64,000 nucleotides of DNA, taken from contig DVOH01000022.1 of assembly GCA_018713745.1 (NCBI GenBank), positions 10,615 through 74,614 on the forward strand, in the 5' to 3' direction. The notes below the pieces were generated by a model. It was not told the DNA's origin and ran no database searches. It was given only the letters and a program-made list of their open reading frames with translations. Source of the DNA: Candidatus Stercoripulliclostridium merdipullorum. Lineage in GTDB: Bacteria > Bacillota > Clostridia > Christensenellales > DTU072. Shown here one piece after another: positions 1 through 9,836 of the stretch; positions within the stretch are counted from its first letter, which is position 1, and every line of letters begins with the position of its first letter. Made by a program: the position numbers and the translations under genes.

Positions 1-562
1 TCGACAGCGCGTTGCGCCAGGAATATCCGCGCGAGCGCGTCAAAAAGACCAGTTTCGGCTTGTTTTTTTGCAAAAACCGATCGATTGCGTCAAAGTCAAA
101 CGTACCGTCGGCGAGGAGGTCGATCTGATCGTAACCGATCCCGTAATCGGCAAGCGAACCGTTGCCGACGCCCGAAATCACTTTGCATAGCGTGTCGTAC
201 GGCGCGCCGCTGATGCAAAGCATCCGATCGCCCGTTTTCAGCAAACCGAACAATGCGACGGTCAGCGTATGCGTTCCGCTGACGAGATTGGGCGAGACGA
301 TTGCGCGCTCGGCGCCGAACACTTCGGCAAAAACGCGTTGCAGGCAATCCCGACCTTCGTCGTCATAGCCGTATCCCGTAGTCGGCACAAAGTGCCTTGC
401 CGAAACTTTACAGGTTCGGAAGGCGTCGATCACTTTTTTCTGATTGACTTCTGCGATTTTGTCGATTGCCGCAAAGAGGTCTTTTGCGTTGCGTTCGGCT
501 TCTTCGAGAATGGAAGCGACGGTTCGATCAAGATCGGGATGAATGGAAGTATTGTTTGACAT
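1..562 (-). CDS. methionine gamma-lyase-family PLP protein (YnbB / 'aluminium resistance' family), N-terminal part; the ORF runs off the left window edge
   Basis: My own minus-strand translation from ATG 560-562: MSNNTSIHPDLDRTVASILEEAERNAKDLFAAIDKIAEVNQKKVIDAFRTCKVSARHFVPTTGYGYDDEGRD... The HF..TTGYGYDD pattern and the position after miaA fit this family. It is absent from the ORF track because it is open at the edge. Confidence 0.7.
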   Translation of the reverse strand, partial: MSNNTSIHPDLDRTVASILEEAERNAKDLFAAIDKIAEVNQKKVIDAFRTCKVSARHFVPTTGYGYDDEGRDCLQRVFAEVFGAERAIVSPNLVSGTHTLTVALFGLLKTGDRMLCISGAPYDTLCKVISGVGNGSLADYGIGYDQIDLLADGTFDFDAIDRFLQKNKPKLVFLTRSRGYSWRNALS

Positions 563-604
563 ATTGAAATCCTTTGCGATGTAATATTCGTCTGTTGGGG
601 TAAT

Positions 605-1567
605 TTATCGGGTCATGCGAAGTTCCTGACGATATCGATCGATCAGCCGATCGGCGGTATCGGGTTGCAACGTTACGGGCGTTGCGATTGTCGGGTATTG
701 TCCCGAAAACCAAGTCCGCTGACGTTTGGCATACTCCCGCGTATTTTTGCAGATTGCCTCACGCACGTCGTCGACGGTTGCCGTCCCGTCAAAATACGGT
801 TTCCATTCTTTATATCCGATGCCTTGCATCGATTGCAGATCGAAGGCGTATCCGCGATCGACCAATCCCCGTACTTCGGACTCCAGTCCCGCTTCGATCA
901 TTTTGTCGACGCGCCGCTCGATCCGACAGCGGAGTTCGGCGGAATCTCCCGACAAGGTTACCATAACAAACGGTTCGACGGGCTCGAACCGAACATTGTT
1001 TTGTGCCGAAAAAGCGGTACCCGAACTATAGGTCACTTCTAATGCACGGATCACGCGCTTCAGATTGTTGGGATGAATCTTTTGAGCGGAAACAGGGTCG
1101 ACTTCCTGCAATTTGCGATGCAAATGAAGATTGCCGTATTGTTCGGCGTCGGCAATCAACCGTTCGCGCCAGCGGAGTTCGGCGGCGCGGTCTCCGCCGT
1201 AATCCATAGTATAAAGCAAGGCGTTGATATAAAATCCCGTTCCACCCGCGACGACGGCGACTTTTCCGCGCGCCGTAATGTCGGCAACGGCGCGACGCGC
1301 CAGCGTCTTGTAGTCGGCAACGGTAAACGGGTCGTCGGGATTGCAAATATCGATCATGTGTTGCACGACACCGAGATCGTCGTCCCGCTCTTTTGCCGTA
1401 CCGATATTCATTCCGCGATAAATCTGCATCGAATCCGCCGAAACGATTTCGCCGCCGATTTTGCGCGCGACTTCCGCCGCCAATGCGGTTTTTCCGCTTG
1501 CCGTTGCACCGCCGATCAGAATCATATTATTATACCCGTCGCTTAAACATTTTTTCCAGTTCCGCAC
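605..1567 (-). CDS. miaA: tRNA dimethylallyltransferase
   Basis: P-loop GGATASGKT and DSMQIYRGMNIGTAK; follows mutL. The track start at 1567 is GTG; ATG at 1525 (MILIGGATASGKT) is an alternative start. Confidence 0.93.
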   Translation of the reverse strand: MRNWKKCLSDGYNNMILIGGATASGKTALAAEVARKIGGEIVSADSMQIYRGMNIGTAKERDDDLGVVQHMIDICNPDDPFTVADYKTLARRAVADITARGKVAVVAGGTGFYINALLYTMDYGGDRAAELRWRERLIADAEQYGNLHLHRKLQEVDPVSAQKIHPNNLKRVIRALEVTYSSGTAFSAQNNVRFEPVEPFVMVTLSGDSAELRCRIERRVDKMIEAGLESEVRGLVDRGYAFDLQSMQGIGYKEWKPYFDGTATVDDVREAICKNTREYAKRQRTWFSGQYPTIATPVTLQPDTADRLIDRYRQELRMTR

Positions 1568-3512
1568 GGGTCAAAACGACATAGGTCGGACGACCGTGCG
1601 GACAACGGAGCGGCATCGATTGCTTGCGGAAAGCAGACATAAAGCGATCGATTTCGGCTGTAGAAAAGGAATCTCCGCCTTTGATCGCCGCTTTACAAGC
1701 GGATTGCATCAGTTTTTCCTTGAATTCCGATCCGAGCGAAACCGATTTGCCGACGGCAAGATCGCTTGCGGTTTCGGCAAAAAAGCGGTCGTAGTCCAAG
1801 CCCGACAAAATTGCGGGTACGGCGGAAATCCGCAACGAAGCCTCACCGAACGGTTCGATCTGAAATCCGATTTGCTCCAAATCCGAGCGATATTGTAATA
1901 ATTGTTCGACTTCGGCAACCGTACTTTCGTAAATATACGGGATCAAAAGCGGTTGAACCGCAACCGTGCCGGAGGCGACTTCGTCGCTCAGCCGATCGTA
2001 CAAAACGCGCTCGTGCGCGGCGTGCTGATCGATTAAGATGACGCGGGAGTTTTCCTCCACGACCCAATAGGTCTGAAAGAGCTGTCCGACGATACGATAA
2101 TCGGGACAATCTTCGGGATGTATCGTTTCTTGCGCTTCGACATTGACCGTTCGAGTCGGGCCCGAAATCACAGGCGTTTCAGACGATTGTTGCACTTGCG
2201 GGCGTTCGGAGGTGTCCCGATCGGTTGGGGCAGTGGCAAAGCCGTTCGGCTCCGATGTTTGCTTTCCGTAAAGATAATCGGTTAAAACCGAACCGCGTCC
2301 TGCATCGTTCAGTTTGTTGGTTGTATCGGAAATCGAGGCGAGAATTTCGGCAATTTTTTGACGGGCGGCGGAATCGGAAGAAGCTTTCGGCGTCGCCGAA
2401 GCCGTACGATAAGAAAGATCTGTCTGCGGTCGCGGAGACTGCTTGATCGGATTTTGATCGGGTTGAGGATCCCGCGATTGTTGCGAATCGGGCGATTTGG
2501 GCGAGAGGATTTCTTCCGCTTCGCGTTGCTCGTACCGCTCGATCGCCCCCTTGACGGCCTGATAAATCGCGCTGTAAACCTTGCGGGGGTTCGCAAAACG
2601 GACTTCTTTTTTGTTGGGATGAACGTTGACGTCGACTTCGTCAAACGGCATGACGATATCGAGGACAAAGACGGGAAAAGTACGGCTCATCAGTCGTTGT
2701 CCGTACGCATTCTGAACCGTTCCGGAGATCATCGGATCGGAAATGATGCGCCCGTTGAGGATTACGGTCTGATCGTTGCGGTTGCCTTTGGAAACGCCGG
2801 GATCGGAGCAGTACCCGCAGACTTTGATCGTATTGTCGGGGTCGGGCTCGAGGGGCAACAGGTGTTTGGCAACGTGAAACAAAAACACGGCGGAAACGGC
2901 AGAAGAAAGCCCTTGTCCGTCCGAAGCAAAAATCTGCTTTCCGTCGACAAAGTAGCGGATTGCCGTATCGGGGTTAGCTAAAATCAACTGAGAAATCAGC
3001 TTGGTGATATAACTTTCTTCGGTTTTTTTGGATTTGAGAAACTTAAACCTTGCCGGGGTGTTGAAAAACAGATTGGATACGGTAATCGAAGTGCCTTTTC
3101 CGTGAGCGCAGTCGGCAACCGTAGCGTCGCCGCCGCGCGCATGCAGAATCGCCCCGGTATTCTCCTCGAAATAACAGGTACGGATTTCGATTTCGCTGAC
3201 GGCGGCAATGCTTGCAAGTGCCTCGCCGCGAAAGCCGAGCGTTCCGACGGTATCGAGATCTTCTGCGGTTGCGATTTTGCTTGTTGCATGGGGCAAAATC
3301 GCTTTGGGCAATTCTTCCATCGGAATTCCGCATCCGTTGTCGGCAATTTCGATCCGTTTGATTCCGCCGTCCTCAATCGAAACGGTAATTTCGGTCGCGC
3401 CGGCGTCGATGCTGTTTTCGACAAGTTCTTTGACGATGGAAGCGGGATTTTCGACCACTTCTCCTGCCGCAATCCGATTGTAAACCGAAGCGTCGAGACA
3501 ATTGATTTTCAT
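1530..3512 (-). CDS. mutL: DNA mismatch repair protein MutL
   Basis: GHKL ATPase motifs (AAGEVVENPASIVKELVENSIDAG, DNGCGI, LGFRGEAL) and C-terminal DQHAAHERVLY. ATG 3512 has GAGGTGG 5 nt upstream; the track ORF starts at GTG 3521. Confidence 0.95.
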   Translation of the reverse strand: MKINCLDASVYNRIAAGEVVENPASIVKELVENSIDAGATEITVSIEDGGIKRIEIADNGCGIPMEELPKAILPHATSKIATAEDLDTVGTLGFRGEALASIAAVSEIEIRTCYFEENTGAILHARGGDATVADCAHGKGTSITVSNLFFNTPARFKFLKSKKTEESYITKLISQLILANPDTAIRYFVDGKQIFASDGQGLSSAVSAVFLFHVAKHLLPLEPDPDNTIKVCGYCSDPGVSKGNRNDQTVILNGRIISDPMISGTVQNAYGQRLMSRTFPVFVLDIVMPFDEVDVNVHPNKKEVRFANPRKVYSAIYQAVKGAIERYEQREAEEILSPKSPDSQQSRDPQPDQNPIKQSPRPQTDLSYRTASATPKASSDSAARQKIAEILASISDTTNKLNDAGRGSVLTDYLYGKQTSEPNGFATAPTDRDTSERPQVQQSSETPVISGPTRTVNVEAQETIHPEDCPDYRIVGQLFQTYWVVEENSRVILIDQHAAHERVLYDRLSDEVASGTVAVQPLLIPYIYESTVAEVEQLLQYRSDLEQIGFQIEPFGEASLRISAVPAILSGLDYDRFFAETASDLAVGKSVSLGSEFKEKLMQSACKAAIKGGDSFSTAEIDRFMSAFRKQSMPLRCPHGRPTYVVLTRAELEKMFKRRV

Positions 3513-3525
3513 GCATACCACCTCT

Positions 3526-6189
3526 TCAGCGTTTTTTGGAGGACTTGGCGTCCGATTTTGCCGTGACCGTCTGCTTGAGATTGGTCAGAATGGTCAGTGC
3601 CTGTAAGGGCGTGCAGCTGTCTACGTCAATATCGCGGATCACCGATGCCAACGCTTCGTAACGGGAATCTTCGGCAAAAAATCCGATCTGATTGGTGGGC
3701 GTGGCATCCGCCGACGGCACCGCCGAGATCGTAGCGTTGAGATCGGCTGTCTGCGTGCTTTCAATGGCGCCCATGATTTCTTTGGCGCGGTCGATGACCT
3801 TGACGTTGACGCCTGCGAGTTTTGCAACTTCCAATCCGAAACTTTTGCTTGCCCCTCCGCGTGCAATCTTATATAAAAACGTGATGCCGTCTTTGTTCTC
3901 TTTGATAAGGATATGATAGTTTTTGAGAGCGGGCAAGAGATTTTCGAGTTCGGTCAGCTCGTGATAATGCGTGGCAAACAACGTTTTAGCCTTCAGCTTA
4001 AGCGCGATGTGCTCGACAATCGCCCAGGCAATCGAAAGTCCGTCGAGCGTAGAAGTTCCGCGTCCGATTTCGTCGAGAACCAACAGACTGTCCTCTGTCG
4101 CGTTGTTGAGAATATTGGCAACTTCGCTCATTTCGACCATAAACGTGCTTTGCCCGAACGCCAGGTTGTCGCTTGCACCGACTCGCGTGAAAATACGGTC
4201 GACGATTCCGATTTCGGCGCGTTCGGCAGGGACAAAACTGCCGAGATGCGCCATCAGAACAATCACCGCGACTTGTCGCATATAAGTGCTTTTGCCCGCC
4301 ATGTTGGGACCTGTGACGACTACGGTGCGACATTGTGCGTCCAGGACGGCGTCGTTGGCGACAAACGTATTTTTCCGTTTGAGAGCTTCGACGACGGGAT
4401 GCCGCCCTTCCTTGATGACAATCGCTTTCGAGCGGGCGGACACGACGGGACGCTTGTAGCCGTTGCGTACGGCGACCTCGGCAAAGGAATACAAAACGTC
4501 AAGCTCGGCAATTAGCGCGGCGTTCTTTTGGAGAACGGGCAAAATGTCAAACATCAGCCGCTTGATTTCGGCATACAGCCGTTCTTCCAGTTTTTGCGCC
4601 TTTTCCTGCGAAGTCAGAATCACTTCTTCCAGCTCTTTCAGCTCGGGCGTCATAAACCGTTCGCTTCCGACCAGCGTCTGCTTGCGTTCGTAATAATACG
4701 GAACCTGCGGCAAATTGGATTTGCTGACTTCGATATAATAGCCGAATACGCGGTTGTAAGCGACTTTGAGATTTTTGATCCCGGTTGCCTGCCGCTCCTT
4801 GCCTTCAAATTCGGCAATCAGTTTGCGCGCCGACTTATGGGCTTCGCGATAAGCGTCCAACTCCTCATTATAGCCGTCCTTAATAATGCGATCGGCAAAT
4901 TTCGGGTCGCCTTGCGGCTGAATGGCGGCTTCGAGGCAGGCAGCAACTTCCGGCAAAGGATCCAAACCGCTGCGAACAGACAACAGCTTGTCGCTTTTTT
5001 TGACGGCGCCGAGCGCGGCGACAAGGGGCGGAATCTGAACGAGCGACTCTTTGATTGCGATGCACTCGTTGGGTCGAACGGTATTGTATGCGATTTTGTT
5101 GCACAGCCGCTCGATGTCGCGGATGCAATGCAACGCCAAGCCGCAAGCGGAACGCATTTCGCTGTTGCGGTACAGCTCCTCCACGGCGTCCAAGCGCAGA
5201 TTAATTTCGGCTTCGTCGCGCGAAGGTTCTTGAATATAGCGGCGCAATAATCTGGCGCCCATATTGGTTTCGGTCCGATCGAGCACCCACAAAAGCGATC
5301 CGATTTTTTGCTTGTCGGCGATGGTTTCGGTCAGCTCGAGGTTCTTTTTGGTCGTATAATCGAGATACATCCCGCTTTCGGGTCTGATTTTGCGGGGCGG
5401 AAGAATATGCTTTAAGGTGCGCTTCTGCGTGGACTGAATATAGTCGATCAACGCCCCCAGTGCCGAAACGACCGCTTCGCCCGACTCCAGACCCAATGCG
5501 GAAAGATGATAAACGCCGTAAAATCCGCGCAAAACGGATTCGGCATTGTCGGCGTGGAAGGCATAGTCGTAATATCCTTGAAATTTGCAGAGTTTGCCGA
5601 GTTCGACCGACTCCAGCGCGTTGCCGTATGCCGCGCCGCTTTCAGAGGCGATGATTTCGCAAGGAGCAATCGAAAGCAACTGATCTTCGAGGCGGCTTGC
5701 AGGCGTTTCGAGGACTTTGACTTCCCCGGTCGAAACGTCCGCCCAGGCGACGGCGGCAAGATTGCCCTTGACGACGACGGAAGCAAGGTAATTGTTGACG
5801 CCGCTCTCCAGCATTGTTTCGTCGGTCACCGTCCCGGGCGTAATCACGCGGACAACGTCGCGCTCGACCATGCCTTTTTGATCGCCGGGTGCGGTCAGCT
5901 GCTCGCAAATGGCAACTTTTTTGCCCAATTTGACGAGTTTTGCGATATATCCGTCCACTGCATGAAAAGGAACGCCGCACATTGGCGCGCGTTGCTCCAA
6001 TCCGCAGTCTCTTCCCGTCAACGTCAGATCCAGCAACTTGGAAACTTCAACGGCGTCGTCGAAGAACATTTCATAAAAATCGCCGAGGCGGTACATCATA
6101 ACCGTCCCGGGATATTGCTCTTTCATCGCAAGATAATGCTTCATCATCGGCGACAAGCCGGATTCTTTTTTTTCTGCCGATTTTCTCAT
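3526..6189 (-). CDS. mutS: DNA mismatch repair protein MutS
   Basis: SPMMKHYLAMKEQYPG, GDFYEMFF, Walker A GPNMAGKST, STFMVEMSE, DEIGRGTST. ATG 6189 overlaps the miaB stop (ATGA) and has GGGGAG 7 nt upstream; the track ORF starts at 6204. Confidence 0.95.
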   Translation of the reverse strand: MRKSAEKKESGLSPMMKHYLAMKEQYPGTVMMYRLGDFYEMFFDDAVEVSKLLDLTLTGRDCGLEQRAPMCGVPFHAVDGYIAKLVKLGKKVAICEQLTAPGDQKGMVERDVVRVITPGTVTDETMLESGVNNYLASVVVKGNLAAVAWADVSTGEVKVLETPASRLEDQLLSIAPCEIIASESGAAYGNALESVELGKLCKFQGYYDYAFHADNAESVLRGFYGVYHLSALGLESGEAVVSALGALIDYIQSTQKRTLKHILPPRKIRPESGMYLDYTTKKNLELTETIADKQKIGSLLWVLDRTETNMGARLLRRYIQEPSRDEAEINLRLDAVEELYRNSEMRSACGLALHCIRDIERLCNKIAYNTVRPNECIAIKESLVQIPPLVAALGAVKKSDKLLSVRSGLDPLPEVAACLEAAIQPQGDPKFADRIIKDGYNEELDAYREAHKSARKLIAEFEGKERQATGIKNLKVAYNRVFGYYIEVSKSNLPQVPYYYERKQTLVGSERFMTPELKELEEVILTSQEKAQKLEERLYAEIKRLMFDILPVLQKNAALIAELDVLYSFAEVAVRNGYKRPVVSARSKAIVIKEGRHPVVEALKRKNTFVANDAVLDAQCRTVVVTGPNMAGKSTYMRQVAVIVLMAHLGSFVPAERAEIGIVDRIFTRVGASDNLAFGQSTFMVEMSEVANILNNATEDSLLVLDEIGRGTSTLDGLSIAWAIVEHIALKLKAKTLFATHYHELTELENLLPALKNYHILIKENKDGITFLYKIARGGASKSFGLEVAKLAGVNVKVIDRAKEIMGAIESTQTADLNATISAVPSADATPTNQIGFFAEDSRYEALASVIRDIDVDSCTPLQALTILTNLKQTVTAKSDAKSSKKR

Positions 6190-7505
6190 ACGATTTCTCC
6201 CCATAAAGATGCCGAACGGCTTTTGTCGATCCGCACGCGGACAAATTCGCCGATCCGATCGGCGCTTCCCGGGAAATTAACCAGTCGACCGCTGTCGCTC
6301 CTGCCGCAAAGTAAATCGGGCTTGGGTGCGTCCTCGACCAAAATTTCCAAAATAGTTCCGACATAGCGATCGCTGATTTCTTTGGTGATCGAATTCTGAA
6401 GGGTAATCAGACGTCCGATCCGTTCTTTTTTGACGGCATACGGAATTTGTTCCATCTTGGCGGCTACCGTGCCGTTGCGCGGAGAATAAATAAACGTGAA
6501 CGCGTTGGAAAACCGAACCTGTTCGACCAAACGCAAAGTATCTTGGAAGTCCTCTTCGGTTTCCCCCGGAAAACCGACCATAATATCCGTGGTGATACCG
6601 ACGTCGGGCATCGCCGCTCGCAGACGGTCGATCAGATAAAGATAATGTTCTCTTGTATATTTGCGGTTCATCGCCTGCAGAACGCGATTGCTGCCTGCCT
6701 GAACGGGAAGATGAATGTTATGGCAAAAATGCACTGATTCTGCCATAAAATCGATCACTTCTTCCGAAATATCCTTGGGGTGAGACGTCATAAAACGAAC
6801 GCGGAACTTTCCGTCGATCCCGTCGATGGCGCGCATGAGCTTAGCAAAGTTCCAGCCGTCTTGCCGATCGTTGCCGTAAGAATCGACGTTTTGTCCGAGC
6901 AACGTAATTTCGCGGTACCCTTCTTCGATCAGACCGCGGACCTCGCCGACGACGGTCTCGGGATCGCGGCTACGTTCGCGTCCGCGGACGTACGGGACAA
7001 TACAATAGGTACAAAAATTGTTGCATCCGTACATGATATTGACCCAGGCATTGGTGCCGGAAGTGCGGAAAATCGGGGTGTTTTCGATTATTTCGGGGGT
7101 GTCGATATTGTGGACGTCGTCAATTTTGGGTCGCTTGCCGTTAGACATCGCAACCCGCTCCACATAATCACCGATCCGATCGAGGCGATCGGTGCCGAGA
7201 ATAATATCGACAAACGGGAATTTTTTGAAAATCGCTTCCTTCATCCCGTCCTGCTGCGTCATACATCCGACGACTGCAACGATTTTGGATCGATCGGCTT
7301 TTTTGAGGGGTTTGACCGCACCGATATTGCCCATGATGCGCTTTTCCGCGGTATCGCGGATACAACAGGTATTGAAGACGATTACGTCGGCGTCTGCAAC
7401 GGAATCGGTGGGCTGATATCCCGCTTCCACTAAAGAACCTGCGATTTTTTCGGATTCGTGTACGTTCATCTGACAACCGAACGTTTGAATATTAAAAAAC
7501 TTCAT
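6186..7505 (-). CDS. miaB: tRNA (N6-isopentenyl-A37) methylthiotransferase MiaB
   Basis: MKFFNIQTFGCQMN N-domain, radical-SAM CNNFCTYCIVP, TRAM-like C-terminus. The codons upstream of ATG 7505 translate AT-rich promoter DNA. Confidence 0.92.
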   Translation of the reverse strand: MKFFNIQTFGCQMNVHESEKIAGSLVEAGYQPTDSVADADVIVFNTCCIRDTAEKRIMGNIGAVKPLKKADRSKIVAVVGCMTQQDGMKEAIFKKFPFVDIILGTDRLDRIGDYVERVAMSNGKRPKIDDVHNIDTPEIIENTPIFRTSGTNAWVNIMYGCNNFCTYCIVPYVRGRERSRDPETVVGEVRGLIEEGYREITLLGQNVDSYGNDRQDGWNFAKLMRAIDGIDGKFRVRFMTSHPKDISEEVIDFMAESVHFCHNIHLPVQAGSNRVLQAMNRKYTREHYLYLIDRLRAAMPDVGITTDIMVGFPGETEEDFQDTLRLVEQVRFSNAFTFIYSPRNGTVAAKMEQIPYAVKKERIGRLITLQNSITKEISDRYVGTILEILVEDAPKPDLLCGRSDSGRLVNFPGSADRIGEFVRVRIDKSRSASLWGEIV

Positions 7506-7514
7506 AGTAACAAA

Positions 7515-7543
7515 ATTATAATATAAATAGTATCTTATTACAA
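7515..7543 (-). promoter_or_regulatory. sigma-A-type promoter of the miaB-mutS-mutL-miaA operon
   Basis: TTGTAA (7538-7543), 17 nt, TATAAT (7515-7520). The ATG starts 9 nt after the -10 box, and no SD is present. Confidence 0.55.
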
Positions 7544-7610
7544 GCGATTGCAAATTTTTTCCGAAAATTCGGCGGGAATAAGTTTGTCAAGCCCAAGCAT
7601 ACTAAAGGAG

Positions 7611-9836
7611 ATGAAACGCAAAAAAGTGCTGCAAATAACAGCTTTAGTATTATTGTTTAGCATTATTTTCATAATACTCGGCGGTATGGCCGCCTATTTT
7701 GCCATCACCAAAGACACCCGACTCGAAGTCGAAAAGCTGAACACGTCGGGTGCCAATCTTTTGCTTTTCGACAGCGAAGGCACTCCCCTCGCCTACACGT
7801 CCGCCGTTAAGCGATACAGTGAGTATGACGAGATCAGTCCCTACGTTGTCAAGGCGTTTATCGCATTGGAAGATAAACGCTTCCTGAAACATAACGGAAT
7901 CGATTATTACAGGCTTGCAGGCGCGATGATCAACAATCTCAAGGCGGGATATCTGAAGGAAGGCGGGTCCACCATTACGCAGCAACTTGCCAAAAACGCC
8001 CTGTTATCCAACGAAAAAACGTTGACGCGCAAACTGAAGGAAGCGAAACTTGCGTTTCAACTCGAACGCCGATTCTCAAAAGAAGAAATCATTACCATGT
8101 ATCTGAATACGATCTATTTCGGCAACGGTCTGTACGGGATTACGGCGGCAAGCGAGCGATTGTTCGGAAAACTGCCCGCCGATCTGACGCTTGCCGAAAG
8201 CGCAATGCTTGCAGGCATCGTCAAAAATCCGCGTGACAACAGCCCGCTCGGCTCCGTCGAACGCGCAATCGAACGCCGCAATCTTGTCCTTTCCGTCATG
8301 AAACGCGAAGGCGAAATCGACGAAACCGACTATCAAAATGCCGTTTCCACCGGTTATGTCCAACCCGCATCGCTCCCGAAAAGCTCAAACTCTTACCAAA
8401 ACGCGGTTTTTTATGAGGCGGGACAACTGCTTGACATGTCCGAAAAAGAAATTTTAACCGGCAATTTGAAAATTTACACTTACTGCGATCAGACATTGCA
8501 AGTTCGGTTAGAACACGCCGTGGAAGACGAGGATTTCAAAGTTTCCGACGCCGACGTCGCCGTTATGGTCGGCGACAACGCGACGGGCGGAATTGCGGCA
8601 TATGCTGCAACGTTTTCCTATGCGCCGCAGACGGTATATCGCTCTCCGGCATCGACGATTAAACCGCTGATATCGTATCTTCCGGCTTTGGATCTCGGCA
8701 GAATCGCGCCGGCAAGTCCTGTCAGCGACCAAAAAACCGATTTCGGCGGGTATGCCCCCGATAATTTCGGCGGGAAATATCTTGGAGAAACGGACATCCG
8801 TGCTGCTGTCAAATCTTCTTCCAACGTAGTAGCCGTTCGGCTTTTGCAGGAAATCGGCGTGGAATACGGCAAAATGATGCTCGATGAAATGGGCATTCCG
8901 ACCGACGACCGGGACGGACTTGCCTTAGCGCTCGGCGGCATGTATCGCGGCGTAACGATCGGGCAGCTGTTAGGCGGATATCTTTGCCTTTCCAATGGCG
9001 GCAATTACCTTGCCCCCGGGCTGATCCGGCGAATCGAACGGGAAGACGGGACGGTGCTTTATCAAAGAAACGAAGGCAAAAAGCCGTTGTTTTCTGCCGA
9101 AAGCTCCTATTTAATGACCGATATGCTGTGTGAAACCGCCCAATCGGGCACGGCGAAAAAATTATCGTCGCTTCCTTATCCCGTCGCCGCCAAAACGGGC
9201 ACGGCAGGATCTTCCGCCGGCAACACCGACGCTTGGTGTGCGGCATATACCGCCGAACGCACCGTGATTTCGTGGTACGGCAACCTTTCGGGCGAATCCC
9301 GATCGATGTTACCGAACCGCGTTACGGGAGGCGGATTGCCGACTTTGTTGACGCGTTATGCCTTCGAATGTTCCGATGCCCCGCATGATTTTGCCGTTCC
9401 GATCGGTATTATCGAAGGTGAAATCGACACAAAAGCAACGCAAACGGAACAAAAACTCCTATTATCTTCCGATCTGACCCCTGAACGCTATCGAAAACGG
9501 GATCTGTTTGACATCGCTTTTTTCCCGCCTGAAGTTTCACACTATTGGGACGATTTGCTTACGGGCGAATTCAAAGCGGAAGAGATCGCGGAAGGAATTT
9601 CGATCCGATTCGACACGAAACCCGGGATCCGCTACGACTTGATCGACGCGCAAAGCGATACCCCGTTGTTTACGGTACAGGGAAACGGGGAATCGGTTGA
9701 ATTTATCACGCCGCCGAAGTTCGGCTTCAACGGATATTATCTGCGCTTATATGACGAAAACGGCGAACATCTGACCGATTCTCAATCTATCTACTTGCTG
9801 TCGCTGAATCCTCTGACCCTCCGACGGAGAGCGTAA
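7611..9836 (+). CDS. class A penicillin-binding protein (glycosyltransferase GT51 + transpeptidase)
   Basis: N-terminal TM; GT51 motifs EDKRF, GGSTITQQ, RKLKE; transpeptidase motifs STIK, SSN, KTGT. The start is uncertain: ATG 7611 has AAGGAG directly abutting it, and the track ORF begins at TTG 7548. Confidence 0.9.
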   Translation: MKRKKVLQITALVLLFSIIFIILGGMAAYFAITKDTRLEVEKLNTSGANLLLFDSEGTPLAYTSAVKRYSEYDEISPYVVKAFIALEDKRFLKHNGIDYYRLAGAMINNLKAGYLKEGGSTITQQLAKNALLSNEKTLTRKLKEAKLAFQLERRFSKEEIITMYLNTIYFGNGLYGITAASERLFGKLPADLTLAESAMLAGIVKNPRDNSPLGSVERAIERRNLVLSVMKREGEIDETDYQNAVSTGYVQPASLPKSSNSYQNAVFYEAGQLLDMSEKEILTGNLKIYTYCDQTLQVRLEHAVEDEDFKVSDADVAVMVGDNATGGIAAYAATFSYAPQTVYRSPASTIKPLISYLPALDLGRIAPASPVSDQKTDFGGYAPDNFGGKYLGETDIRAAVKSSSNVVAVRLLQEIGVEYGKMMLDEMGIPTDDRDGLALALGGMYRGVTIGQLLGGYLCLSNGGNYLAPGLIRRIEREDGTVLYQRNEGKKPLFSAESSYLMTDMLCETAQSGTAKKLSSLPYPVAAKTGTAGSSAGNTDAWCAAYTAERTVISWYGNLSGESRSMLPNRVTGGGLPTLLTRYAFECSDAPHDFAVPIGIIEGEIDTKATQTEQKLLLSSDLTPERYRKRDLFDIAFFPPEVSHYWDDLLTGEFKAEEIAEGISIRFDTKPGIRYDLIDAQSDTPLFTVQGNGESVEFITPPKFGFNGYYLRLYDENGEHLTDSQSIYLLSLNPLTLRRRA

